Source of the DNA: a virus
Lineage: Duplodnaviria > Caudoviricetes
Virus record (IMG/VR): IMGVR_UViG_3300025606_000003
Coordinates: 43,036-107,035 of that record
Length of the DNA stretch: 64,000 nucleotides
Strand: one strand, 5' to 3'
The notes below the pieces were generated by a model. It ran no database searches. It was not told where the DNA came from and saw only the letters and a program-made list of their open reading frames with translations. The stretch's first letter is position 1, and each line of letters begins with the position of its first letter. Both the position numbers and the translations under genes were made by a program. Shown piece after piece: positions 48,047 to 56,691 of the stretch.

Positions 48047-49576
48047 CTACCCGATAGTTAGCAACTCGTAGCGGATATGCCTGCCAAACTCACGCGGGGT
48101 GATTGCGGCAGCTTTGCGCAGCGGTTTTTTATCTTTTTGCTCAGGTTTTTTTGTGCTTGTGTTTTTTTTATCGTCACGGTCGGGCATTTTGATCGTAGCG
48201 GGCGAAGTATCTTTGTCTTTTTCGCTGTGCGACTTGGCGGGTTTTTGAGGCTCGTTGACGTACTTTCCGCCACGGCGGCGCGACTCCATCAGGCCAAACC
48301 GTTTACCCTGCAGCATGCCGTAAAGCGGCAGCATGGCCGCAAACGGCCCTGCAAACGGCGCTGCGGCAGCCCCCATGTAGCTGCCATACCCAGCCGGCAG
48401 CATTTTTTGCCGGTCGTCTAGAATCTTGTTCAGTTTGGCCGGGTTGTCTTTGTACGTACGCCGCAGATTCTTTTCGCTCAGTCTGTTGGCTTGCGCTTCT
48501 TGATACAGCGCGTGAAACATGCCGACCGTAGGCACCATGCGGCCAGCACCGTAAACATCGTGCAGTAAACCTTTACCCTGCCGCTTGAGCCATGTTTTTA
48601 CTTTGTTTTCGTTGTCGGAATATTCCGGAACTTTGTTGCTGTTGAAATCAAGCGCGTGCCCAATTTCGTGCGTCAGTACCGCCGGCTTGTCGCCCATCAA
48701 ATACGTGCTATTTGTAGCCGGGTTAAACAATGAGCCACGCAGTAACGCGGCATACAACTGCGTCGCGGGATGCTGCGCCAAGCCGAGTAGCTTTCCAGCA
48801 ACCGATGTTCGCGGGTTCTTGAAGATACGCGGAATCTCGCGAAAGAAATCACCGCCGCCCAGGTACACACGGTGATCTTTGAGCGCTTCCGGATCCGCGC
48901 GCTCCATGTCTTTGGCTAACTGCGTAAGTTTCTGTGCGCGCGCGTCGTCAGGGCTGATCTCTGGCGTGAGATAACCGCCGTTCGCGCCTTGCCACTGTGT
49001 CGGATTCACGTGACTGCGCAGCGACATGATTGTGCCGCCTGGAAATGCGCCAAGATGCCCAACCGTTGAGGCCAATGCGCGCGCACCCAGACCGCCCCGC
49101 ATGACCTCGAGCGCCGCAGATTTGTCCTGCAAACTGGTTACGGCGCTGGTTGTTGGGCTGGGTACAGCTGCCTGTTTTGGCTGCTGCCCGTAAATTTCAT
49201 CGTAGGCTGCGTATACGGGCAGTTTACTGTGATCGCTGTACAACTCGCTGATTTTGTGCTTTGGCGTAATACCCGGAGGCGCCGCCAGCGAAAAAAAGTG
49301 CGGAAACACTTCGTCATTGAGTCCGGTTAACGGCCGTTTTTGCAGCAAATCCGCGTATGCCTCGGCCGGCACAGGATCGCCATACCGCACGTTTGTAAAT
49401 CCAAGTTTGTAGCCGGCTTTGTTCGCATGCGCAGCGGCTGCGCGCAAGTACTCTGGAAATTTCTTGTAATCCGTTTTGTCGTCAAACAACCACGGCGTAC
49501 GGTCAGAGAGCCCGTAATCGTCCGCGGCGCCGTATGCCCGCTTTATGTTGTTAGCAACAGATGTTTCAGGCGGCAT
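48047..49576 (-). CDS. Modular virion protein with zincin-like HExxH domain
   Basis: VLTHEIGHALD and QEAQAN; IKRA, PKQAA, DKSAA, RKAAA motifs. Confidence 0.7.
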   Translation of the reverse strand: MPPETSVANNIKRAYGAADDYGLSDRTPWLFDDKTDYKKFPEYLRAAAAHANKAGYKLGFTNVRYGDPVPAEAYADLLQKRPLTGLNDEVFPHFFSLAAPPGITPKHKISELYSDHSKLPVYAAYDEIYGQQPKQAAVPSPTTSAVTSLQDKSAALEVMRGGLGARALASTVGHLGAFPGGTIMSLRSHVNPTQWQGANGGYLTPEISPDDARAQKLTQLAKDMERADPEALKDHRVYLGGGDFFREIPRIFKNPRTSVAGKLLGLAQHPATQLYAALLRGSLFNPATNSTYLMGDKPAVLTHEIGHALDFNSNKVPEYSDNENKVKTWLKRQGKGLLHDVYGAGRMVPTVGMFHALYQEAQANRLSEKNLRRTYKDNPAKLNKILDDRQKMLPAGYGSYMGAAAAPFAGPFAAMLPLYGMLQGKRFGLMESRRRGGKYVNEPQKPAKSHSEKDKDTSPATIKMPDRDDKKNTSTKKPEQKDKKPLRKAAAITPREFGRHIRYELLTIG

Positions 49577-49603
49577 GCGACAGCTTTTCTAAAAATGGCC
49601 TGG

Positions 49604-49637
49604 TTAGATATCCCGGTTAGATATCAATTAGATATCA
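49604..49637. repeat. Triple TTAGATATC cluster
   Basis: GATATC at 49607, 49620 and 49631, each preceded by TTA, essentially intergenic. Confidence 0.9.
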
Positions 49638-51479
49638 GTGTTCGATCTCAGCGCCGTGGGCCGTTGAACCTAACCCGGCGCCAAAGCCGTTACTGTGCGC
49701 CATCGCGTGCTCAAGGCCGTGCAACACCGGGTGCGCAACGGTGTGCGCGGCTTCATATGGCAGCGCGAGACTGTGCGGCAGTAAATTAGTTGGGTTGCCG
49801 GTGTTCGCAAAATTAGTCGGGCCGTTCAACGGGTGGCCGATAGCATCTGCGCCAAGATTGCGCGCCGCCTGCTCAATCGGCGCGCCAATGTTATGCTCAT
49901 AGGCGCGCCATAGATTCTGCGCAGTTTCTGGGACTGCTCGCTGGATCTGTTTGCCAAGCTGGGTTTTCATGTCGCCAAACCGAGCAGCCGTGTTAAGCTG
50001 CGCGTCGCTAAGCCGCAGCGCTGTTTGATGGCCGAACTGTGACAGGTTTCCTGCATACCGGGAAAACGTCGGGAGCATTTGTTGCACGCGCGGGTTTGCA
50101 GCTGCCGCGCCCAGTGCGCCGGCAGCCGTTGTGCCGGCTTGCGCAGCTGTGGTGCCGCCAGCAGCAGCAACAGCCGGAGCAGCCGCAGCTGCGCCGGCCA
50201 CAGCCGGAATTGCTGCAGCAGCTCCGGCGCCCACACCCAGGGCGCCCTGCCCAATCCGCATGTTTTGGGCTTCTCGCGGATCTGTTACTTGCTGGCTTGT
50301 ATTTGGGTTGTACCAGCGACTCAGCGTGTCTTGATAGCCGGCCCGGCCGAACAACCCGCCGATTTGCTTTGGCATCAGCGCGTCTGTGCCAGCAGCCGAG
50401 CGGTTTGGAGTTAGGCCTGTCGGTGCAGCCTGCTGTGGGGCCGCGCCAGTAGTTACCAGCGGCGATTGGGCTGGCTGCAAAGCTGGCGGTGAGCTTGGCG
50501 GCGAGCTCAGCGGTTGCGGTTTAGGCGGCGCCAGCGACGTGGCCGACGTGACAGGCGTAAACTGCCCAGGAGCTTTGCCGGCTGCCGGGCCGGGCCTATT
50601 CAGCGACAGCGTGCCAGACGTTGAAGTTTGGTTTCCTGGTTGTGAATACGGCGCGAACTCTTGGGCCAACTTTAACCGCACAAGTTTGCCGAACTGATAT
50701 GGCTGCATATCGTCAGCTGTCTTTACAGCCCCGGCAATCTTCGAGCTATCCGGCGAGTTCTTTGCGCCGAATGCAGCGTTGCCGTTGAGCTGGCCCTTGT
50801 TGCCCAGGGCGCCGAAAGCCTGAATCGGATTGTGCTGCGGATTGGAGCCCCCACCGACAGGCCCGGCAGGCTGTGTGTTTGCGGGATGCTGCGCAGCCGG
50901 TTGAGCAGCAGCATTTCCAGCGGGGGGCGCCATCCCCATCGGCAGCGGAATCATCGGCGCCGGCATGGACATGCGCTTTAAAAGCATGTTTTGCGGCACG
51001 AAACGCGGGTCGCGGCCTTCCTGTCCAGCATGATGCGCCTCCATCATTTCGCGCAACGGCTTCGCAAGAACTACGGCTAATTTACCGAAAATGGCTTCGA
51101 CAGAGTTGGAGCTGTGATTTTTGCCGTCTGGGCTCGAGTTATGTGTTTCGTCCTGTTTTGGCTGGATTTCTGTACTGTCCTGGCCTGCGTAAGTCGGTTT
51201 GTCGTTCTGTGGCATCTTGACTTGCACCATCCCAGAGTTGGCTTGCTTTATCTCGTTGCCCAGTATAGAGTTACGCTCAGTTTTTTTGGCGTTAGCAAAA
51301 ACTGATAAAACGTTATCAAGTACGGCCAGCGCGGCGGCCTTCTCTTTGGATTCTGGTTCTTGCTTATTTGCGTACATAGGCAGCTTCTTTTGGTTCGGGT
51401 ATTCGTGCGCCCAGCGTTTGGCAATATCCGGATGTGCCGCCCAAAGAAAACGGCGCTGTTTTTCGGATTTAAACGGCAT
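49635..51479 (-). CDS. Modular low-complexity virion protein
   Basis: MPFKSEKQRRFLWA..P..AKRW N-terminal module; EKAAA, IKQAN, SKIAG, VKTAD, LKLAQ; Gly/Ala zipper. Confidence 0.7.
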   Translation of the reverse strand: MPFKSEKQRRFLWAAHPDIAKRWAHEYPNQKKLPMYANKQEPESKEKAAALAVLDNVLSVFANAKKTERNSILGNEIKQANSGMVQVKMPQNDKPTYAGQDSTEIQPKQDETHNSSPDGKNHSSNSVEAIFGKLAVVLAKPLREMMEAHHAGQEGRDPRFVPQNMLLKRMSMPAPMIPLPMGMAPPAGNAAAQPAAQHPANTQPAGPVGGGSNPQHNPIQAFGALGNKGQLNGNAAFGAKNSPDSSKIAGAVKTADDMQPYQFGKLVRLKLAQEFAPYSQPGNQTSTSGTLSLNRPGPAAGKAPGQFTPVTSATSLAPPKPQPLSSPPSSPPALQPAQSPLVTTGAAPQQAAPTGLTPNRSAAGTDALMPKQIGGLFGRAGYQDTLSRWYNPNTSQQVTDPREAQNMRIGQGALGVGAGAAAAIPAVAGAAAAAPAVAAAGGTTAAQAGTTAAGALGAAAANPRVQQMLPTFSRYAGNLSQFGHQTALRLSDAQLNTAARFGDMKTQLGKQIQRAVPETAQNLWRAYEHNIGAPIEQAARNLGADAIGHPLNGPTNFANTGNPTNLLPHSLALPYEAAHTVAHPVLHGLEHAMAHSNGFGAGLGSTAHGAEIEH

Positions 51480-51599
51480 GGCGCGATTCCCTATCAGAAT
51501 AGCGTTATCTTAGCAAACTGATATGGAAAGCACTGATAGCTAAAAAAAGGCCGCAAAGGCCTTCGTGGTGAGTTGACGGCGTCGCCAACTCACCACTAA

Positions 51600-51758
51600 T
51601 CAGGTCACGTCCCAGCTGTTCAGCCGGACGTGCCGGCCGTCGAGGCTCTTGGCCACCAGGCGGTTCAGCCGGTGGTTGTGCCGCTTGAGGGCGCGGCGGA
51701 TCTTGGCGGCGCCCCGCGTCTTGGGGCAGTGCCGCCAAGCCCGTTGCCAGTCGGTCAT
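51600..51758 (-). CDS. 52-aa Arg/Lys-rich peptide
   Basis: GGAGG-5nt-ATG; MTDWQRAWRHCPKTRGAAKIRRALKRHNHRLNRL... Confidence 0.6.
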   Translation of the reverse strand: MTDWQRAWRHCPKTRGAAKIRRALKRHNHRLNRLVAKSLDGRHVRLNSWDVT

Positions 51759-51962
51759 GGTGACCTCCGGTGTTAGGCTGCAGGATTTACAAACGCATCC
51801 TGCTCGCGTTTCGCGGTGGCGGCTCGCTACGCCCAGCTGCACTTCCCAGCTGTATTACACCGGAGTTATCCGGCTTCACCAGAATTATCTGGGTCAGACT
51901 TCGTTGTACACCCGCCAGTCACGGCATGGGGGAGCGCCACTTCCCCTTCGCCAAGAGAGTTG

Positions 51963-52097
51963 CTAGCTCTTCTTGGCGCCATCACGAGCCGGGCGCTGGC
52001 GACGAGCGCCAACGGGGTTCGTGATGGGGCGGGCGACGACGGCAGCAACCTGCCACGACTTCGTCACCAGCCGGCACCGACCACGACGGTAAGCCAT
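51963..52097 (-). CDS. 44-aa Arg-rich peptide (below the ORF-track cut-off)
   Basis: GGAGG-9nt-ATG; MAYRRGRCRLVTKSWQVAAVVARPITNPVGARRQRPARDGAKKS. Confidence 0.5.
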   Translation of the reverse strand: MAYRRGRCRLVTKSWQVAAVVARPITNPVGARRQRPARDGAKKS

Positions 52098-52217
52098 AAA
52101 GCTATACCTCCGCGGGACGCATCTCGCTGCGTCCTAGCGTTCAGCTCGCGCCTACATAGGGCTTTACGGGGGAGCTGAAGTCTCCCCGTACACAGATACG
52201 AATATCCGTGTACATTT

Positions 52218-52247
52218 TATATGCCGTGTTTTTGGCCTGTATTTAGC
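52218..52247 (-). promoter_or_regulatory. Repeated promoter GCTAAA-N16-GGCATAT, copy 1
   Basis: Identical boxes and spacing in 4 intergenic or gene-end positions. Confidence 0.7.
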
Positions 52248-52332
52248 TTGCAGCAAAACAGCTGATAGCTAAGAGAAACCGAGCACGCGGAGCCCGTAGG
52301 CCCCGCTGCTGGTTTCCCCTGGCGCCGGTGGC

Positions 52333-52800
52333 TCAGACTGCCGAGCCGCAGCCGGTTGCGCAGGGCGCGCCCGGCGCGGCGACCTGCTGGTGGCCGCACC
52401 AGGTGCAGTTCACCAGCCGCTCGGTCTGGCTCTTCCGCGCGGCATCCAGCTGCTTGCGCAGCTTGAGGATCTCCGCGTCCCTTGCTCGAACTGTTCGCCA
52501 CAGCGCAGCGGTCTCCGTCACCGGCGCGCTGTGATCGAATTGCCGCCACTCGCGGAGCTGGCGGGCCGCGTAGTCAACCGCTGTGACTACGCTGACAAAC
52601 ATTACGCCGCTGGCGAGCGCGGCCGTCGTCGCCAGGGCGGCGACAACCGGCCAGTGGGGCAGGTCGAGCACCGTCACTTTGGCGGCGGCCAGCACCGCGT
52701 CGAACGCGGTGAACGTGGCGGCGCCGGCGACCACGGTTGTGGCCGCCATGAGGACCAACCCGGCGGCCAGCCAAAACACGAACTTGACGAAATCGACCAT
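52333..52800 (-). CDS. Membrane protein with coiled coil and C-terminal Zn-ribbon
   Basis: AGGAGG RBS; two TMs; CTWC...CATGC. Confidence 0.7.
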   Translation of the reverse strand: MVDFVKFVFWLAAGLVLMAATTVVAGAATFTAFDAVLAAAKVTVLDLPHWPVVAALATTAALASGVMFVSVVTAVDYAARQLREWRQFDHSAPVTETAALWRTVRARDAEILKLRKQLDAARKSQTERLVNCTWCGHQQVAAPGAPCATGCGSAV

Positions 52801-52893
52801 GATTGCCTCCTTTGGGCAACCCAGGAGTCTGCCTGAGACAGGAGTTCACCGGCGGCCAACGTACATACGCCGACACTTACGGATTCCTCAATA

Positions 52894-52923
52894 TATATGC
52901 CCGCGAAACACCCGGTATTTAGC
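52894..52923 (-). promoter_or_regulatory. Repeated promoter, copy 2
   Basis: GCTAAATA-N14-GGCATATA. Confidence 0.7.
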
Positions 52924-53269
52924 CTTCGGGTTTGATATCTAACCCGGGCGCTGATAGCTAAGAGAAGACGCAGACCACGGGCTTACGCCCTGTGACCTGG
53001 CTTCCCTGCGCTTGGGGCGCGGCGGCTCGCGGAGGCTTACGCCTTCCGCAACCGCCATTGCTTGCCCTCGATCAGCCCGGCCGCTATCGTCTTTCGCGCC
53101 TTGCGGCGCGACGGGCCCGGGATCTTTTCCCATGTTGCCCACGCCTTAGCGTCCTTCGACCAGAACTCAAGGTTGTACATGTCTACCTCCAAACTTTTGC
53201 GACATTACTGTTGTCGCGAAACAGCGCGCCCCGTTGAATTACGCGCTGGGGGCGCAGACAGCACACCAC

Positions 53270-53710
53270 TTACAACCCGATGAGAAATCCTTGCGCGAAC
53301 GCAAGAGCTGGGTCTCTTGCAATCACGCCGCCGTCGTCCAGAACGGCAACCTGGATTTGTGCGCCCACCTGCTTCATGAATTGCTTCATGAATGCCTCGC
53401 CGGGTGTGCTGGCCGGCGTGGCGTTGGAGAGGGCCTCCAACAGCAACCCGCCCGTAAACGCCAGGACGCGGTCCTGGCGCACGCGCCGGCCAAGAGCGGC
53501 CCGGGCAGCCGGCGCAGGCTGCTCGGGCTCGGCGGCCACCGGCGGCACGCCTTCGACCACCGGCGGCGCGGCGGCGAGGCGCGCGGGTGCGGCGGCCGAG
53601 GCGAGCTTGATGCTCGTCTCGACGGTCGCCGCGATCAGCGCCAGACTGCCGGCAATCACGACGCCGCCAACGAAGGCGACGCAAAAATCAACCGTGTAGT
53701 TCTTGTTCAT
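53270..53710 (-). CDS. Membrane-anchored hypothetical protein
   Basis: GGAG RBS, N-terminal TM, directly behind promoter copy 3. Confidence 0.65.
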   Translation of the reverse strand: MNKNYTVDFCVAFVGGVVIAGSLALIAATVETSIKLASAAAPARLAAAPPVVEGVPPVAAEPEQPAPAARAALGRRVRQDRVLAFTGGLLLEALSNATPASTPGEAFMKQFMKQVGAQIQVAVLDDGGVIARDPALAFAQGFLIGL

Positions 53711-53771
53711 GACACGCTCCATGGACCAGAAACCGCTGGTCGCGGGACCGGACAACGGAGCCCGATCGTTG

Positions 53772-53801
53772 AATATGCCAGCTATTTAGGTCAGATTTAG
53801 C
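53772..53801 (-). promoter_or_regulatory. Repeated promoter, copy 3
   Basis: GCTAAATC-N14-GGCATATT. Confidence 0.7.
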
Positions 53802-54036
53802 CGGGCGCGGCCGGCGATTCCGGGGCCTCTTTGCTCAGCGATACGACCAGAATGTCTGCGCCCGGATGCAGCCGCTCGAAGAACTTTTTCAACTGCGCCG
53901 GGCTGTCCAGCTGTAGCAGTTCCAGCAGCGTGTCGATGAAATACTGGGTGTACATATCCGGCATCGGATACCTGTTCTCGACCAGCACCGCCAGGTCGGC
54001 GGCCATGTCCTGATCATCATCATTGAACGCGACCAT
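53797..54036 (-). CDS. Small acidic protein
   Basis: AGGAGG RBS, 79 aa. Confidence 0.65.
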   Translation of the reverse strand: MVAFNDDDQDMAADLAVLVENRYPMPDMYTQYFIDTLLELLQLDSPAQLKKFFERLHPGADILVVSLSKEAPESPAAPG

Positions 54037-54149
54037 GCGTACTTCCTCCTGGGAGCGTCTTGCCTAGCTAAACAAAACCGAGCGGCCGGGGCCGAAGCCC
54101 CGGACCGCCCGGTCTTGAACACATCATGCGCTGAAAGCAGGCCCAGCTA

Positions 54150-54596
54150 CTAGCGCTTCGGCGGGCAAGCCGCGATCAGCGCCTGCAGCGGCGCCAGCTG
54201 CTCGTCCAGCTCCGCCAGCGCGTCCTTGGCGGCGCCGCGCGCGCAGCCCGCCGCGAAGAACGCCTTACGCGCGTTCGACGCGGCAGTTGCAAGCGCTTCC
54301 AACTCTTCCGGCGTCGCGCTCGGCGAGGCGGCCGTCGCCGAATGCCACGCGGCGGCATCCTCGGCCTCCGCCTCGGCCGCCCACGCGGCCTCCAGCTGCG
54401 TGAACGCTTCCTGCCGCTTGACCAGCAGCGGCCTGATCTGCGCCTCCGCCCGGAGCGCCGCCAGCGCGCTCGTCCGGTGCTCGGGCGCGTACTCGAACAG
54501 CTTGTTGTACTCCTCCTGCGTGATCGAGCAGTCGTGTACCAGCAACTGCCCGATCGAAAGCCCGCCGGTGCGGGCATTGAGCGCGTAAACGCTCAT
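54150..54596 (-). CDS. Ala-rich coiled-coil protein
   Basis: AGGAGG RBS before MSVYALN. Confidence 0.65.
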   Translation of the reverse strand: MSVYALNARTGGLSIGQLLVHDCSITQEEYNKLFEYAPEHRTSALAALRAEAQIRPLLVKRQEAFTQLEAAWAAEAEAEDAAAWHSATAASPSATPEELEALATAASNARKAFFAAGCARGAAKDALAELDEQLAPLQALIAACPPKR

Positions 54597-55189
54597 GTAG
54601 CCTCCTTCTCGGTGTTGGGTTGCAACCACCACGGTGTGTCGACCGTCGCGGGCAACGTAGAGCGCATGTTTCGGACGTAAAAACACGATCGATCCAACCA
54701 GCGCAGAACAGCGCCGTTGCCGTCCTGCCGAATCATCTCCTCGGCCGCCCGCCGCTTGTCGATTAATTCTAACTGCAGCTTTCGCAACATCAGCTGATCA
54801 TCACTGGGCGCAACGGCCATGTACGCCCCGATAGCCGCCTCGGCGTACATACATCCCAACAAGAAATCGATCAGCGAGCACGCGCAGTCGGCCGCGTACT
54901 CGCGCTCATCCTCATCTTTCCAGTCTTCCTTGATGCGCATTAGCAGGGACGGGAGCTCTTTAAGCTCAGCGTCGCACTGTTTGAGCATCTCGCTGACAAC
55001 CACCCGCAGCTCGCTGGCGCTGCGGGTCGGGAGCGTGAACTGCACTTTGTGCAGGGCCAGCCTCCCGACCTGACAGAGCACTGCCGGGTGCTCCGGCGGC
55101 AGTTCGCCGCTCGCCGCGTCGGCCAGGTCGGCGGCGAGGGTCTGCAGCCAGTGCTCGACCATGGGGCTGTGGGCAGATTCAATGGTCAT
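54593..55189 (-). CDS. Hypothetical protein
   Basis: GAGGT RBS, 198 aa. Confidence 0.65.
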   Translation of the reverse strand: MTIESAHSPMVEHWLQTLAADLADAASGELPPEHPAVLCQVGRLALHKVQFTLPTRSASELRVVVSEMLKQCDAELKELPSLLMRIKEDWKDEDEREYAADCACSLIDFLLGCMYAEAAIGAYMAVAPSDDQLMLRKLQLELIDKRRAAEEMIRQDGNGAVLRWLDRSCFYVRNMRSTLPATVDTPWWLQPNTEKEAT

Positions 55190-55236
55190 GAGTTCACCTC
55201 TACTTAGAGTTAGATATCAATTCAACAAAGAACAAA

Positions 55237-55309
55237 AGCCGGTGGCCGGGAACGATCCGGCGACACGCTGATTACAAATCAGCTGCTCTACCAGCTGAGC
55301 TACACCGGC
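55237..55309 (-). tRNA. tRNA-Thr(UGU)
   Basis: Cloverleaf GCCGGTG/CACCGGC, loop TT-TGT-AA; atypical T-loop ATCGTTC; no encoded CCA. Confidence 0.85.
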
Positions 55310-55332
55310 CTGACCGACCTGCGCGGCGCAGC

Positions 55333-55632
55333 TTAGTTCTGCGCCACGCCCACCTCGAGCTTCCTGGGATCCGGGTACTCGCTGGGGTGGGCGATGTGGC
55401 GGAACCTTGCCCGCCCCGTGTTCGAGTGATTCCCGAACACGTCTCGCGCGTGCATTGCCGCGCGGAGCTTCTCCATTGCCGACTCGATCAGCAGCCACCA
55501 AGCGTAGCTGAGCTCGCCGCGGGCCTGCACGTCGGCGTTGACCTGCTCGACAACCCCGTCGAGGTTGGCGAGTTCTTGCTTTACTCGGTCGTTGTAGTAG
55601 TCCGCCAGCCGTTCCATTTCGTCAGCGGCCAT
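55333..55632 (-). CDS. Hypothetical protein
   Basis: AGGAGG RBS, 99 aa. Confidence 0.65.
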   Translation of the reverse strand: MAADEMERLADYYNDRVKQELANLDGVVEQVNADVQARGELSYAWWLLIESAMEKLRAAMHARDVFGNHSNTGRARFRHIAHPSEYPDPRKLEVGVAQN

Positions 55633-55776
55633 GAAACCCTCCTAGTAAAAGAACCAATCGAACACAACGTCTCGAACAGGGCCGTGGTCCGGCGGGCATT
55701 TTGATGCCCTCCCACAGTTTAAGGAGGATAACTTCCCCCTGTTTTTCGCGGCGCTCTTGCTGCGCCGCCGAGACGA

Positions 55777-56119
55777 TGGAGGTGGCGGGAATCGAACCCG
55801 CGTCCCGTGATGATTCAGAACAGACGTCTACGTGCGTGTGCTGTTGTTACTCACACAACAGCCAAGGCCAGCCGATTATCGGCGTCAGGTGGGCTACCAC
55901 CATCTTTGGCTGTCTTTCCAGCCTGCCGGCCGTCTTCCCGGCTTCCAGCGTGAGGGGCGAAGGTGTCACGCGCACCTCCCGGTCACTGCACTCAGGCAGC
56001 GAGAGCGGGAGCGCTGTTGAAGGCGCCAGATAACTGTGGGCGATTTTTAACGTGGCCATTCGTCCAACCACGGCACGCAATCTGAACCTCTTGCATCCGG
56101 TCGAAACCTTTACACCCCC
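55777..56119 (-). ncRNA. ssrA: tmRNA, tag (A)GAFNSAPALAA
   Basis: 5' GGGGGTG..TTCGAC pairs with 3' GGTTCGATTCCCGCCACCTCCA (G3-U70); tag ORF 56027-55992 ends ALAA-stop. Confidence 0.92.
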
Positions 56120-56535
56120 GCATAGCCTGCAAACACTTTGTTTATCGCATAATCGGCAGCTGCATGTACGTTTTTTGCTTGCCCGTTTTTTGACGGTTGT
56201 TTGCGCAGCGTCAACGTGTTGACAGTTTTACGCAACACGTCGGACTTAACCGCGTATACACACCCGTCTGACAAATCGCAAATTGCGAAATAGTCAAACA
56301 TGTCGGGTTGGTACGTGAATTTGTAACCGGGGCCGCTTTTTCTCAGCGGCAAGCGCAGACAGCCCGATACAGGCGTAATCGCTTTGCACTGAAAACGCAG
56401 CAACTTTCCGTTTTTTTCAGCGACGAGGTCAATTTTAGAGATATCGCCTTCTTCGCTAAACACGGAAAAACCAAGCTGGGCTAAAGCCAGACTGGCGGCA
56501 AATTGCCCGATGTTGCCTTTAATCTTACTGTGCAT
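56110..56535 (-). CDS. Free-standing PD-(D/E)XK endonuclease
   Basis: KGNIGQ, IDLVAEK...RFQCK, Y....FDYF; stop overlaps the tmRNA 5' end. Confidence 0.75.
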   Translation of the reverse strand: MHSKIKGNIGQFAASLALAQLGFSVFSEEGDISKIDLVAEKNGKLLRFQCKAITPVSGCLRLPLRKSGPGYKFTYQPDMFDYFAICDLSDGCVYAVKSDVLRKTVNTLTLRKQPSKNGQAKNVHAAADYAINKVFAGYAGV

Positions 56536-56578
56536 ATTTGTCTTCCTTGACACCGTGTGATTAGTAATCTCACGGTTG

Positions 56579-56607
56579 AATATACACAGCGTTGCGCAAA
56601 GCTACAA
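56579..56607 (-). promoter_or_regulatory. Sigma70-like promoter
   Basis: TTGTAG-N17-TATATT upstream of the endonuclease and tmRNA. Confidence 0.45.
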
Positions 56608-56612
56608 CCTAA

Positions 56613-56684
56613 TAGGGGCGTCCGGAGTTGCGCCGGATTCACAGGATTAAAAGTCGAGTGCATCACTAACAATGCTTCGCCCCC
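56613..56684 (-). tRNA. Atypical tRNA-Lys(UUU)
   Basis: Acceptor GGGGGCG/CGCCCCT, loop CT-TTT-AA; two mismatches in the anticodon stem; T-loop CGCAACT. Confidence 0.6.
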
Positions 56685-56691
56685 GATAAAA

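Noticed and set aside
52939-53240. Possible small ORFs between promoter copies 2 and 3
   Set aside because: Only short ORFs with no recognisable motif; cannot be supported from sequence alone.
55777-55805. tRNA-like 3' end suggesting a tRNA fragment or att site
   Set aside because: It is the 3' end of the complete tmRNA; no integrase or duplicated copy is seen.
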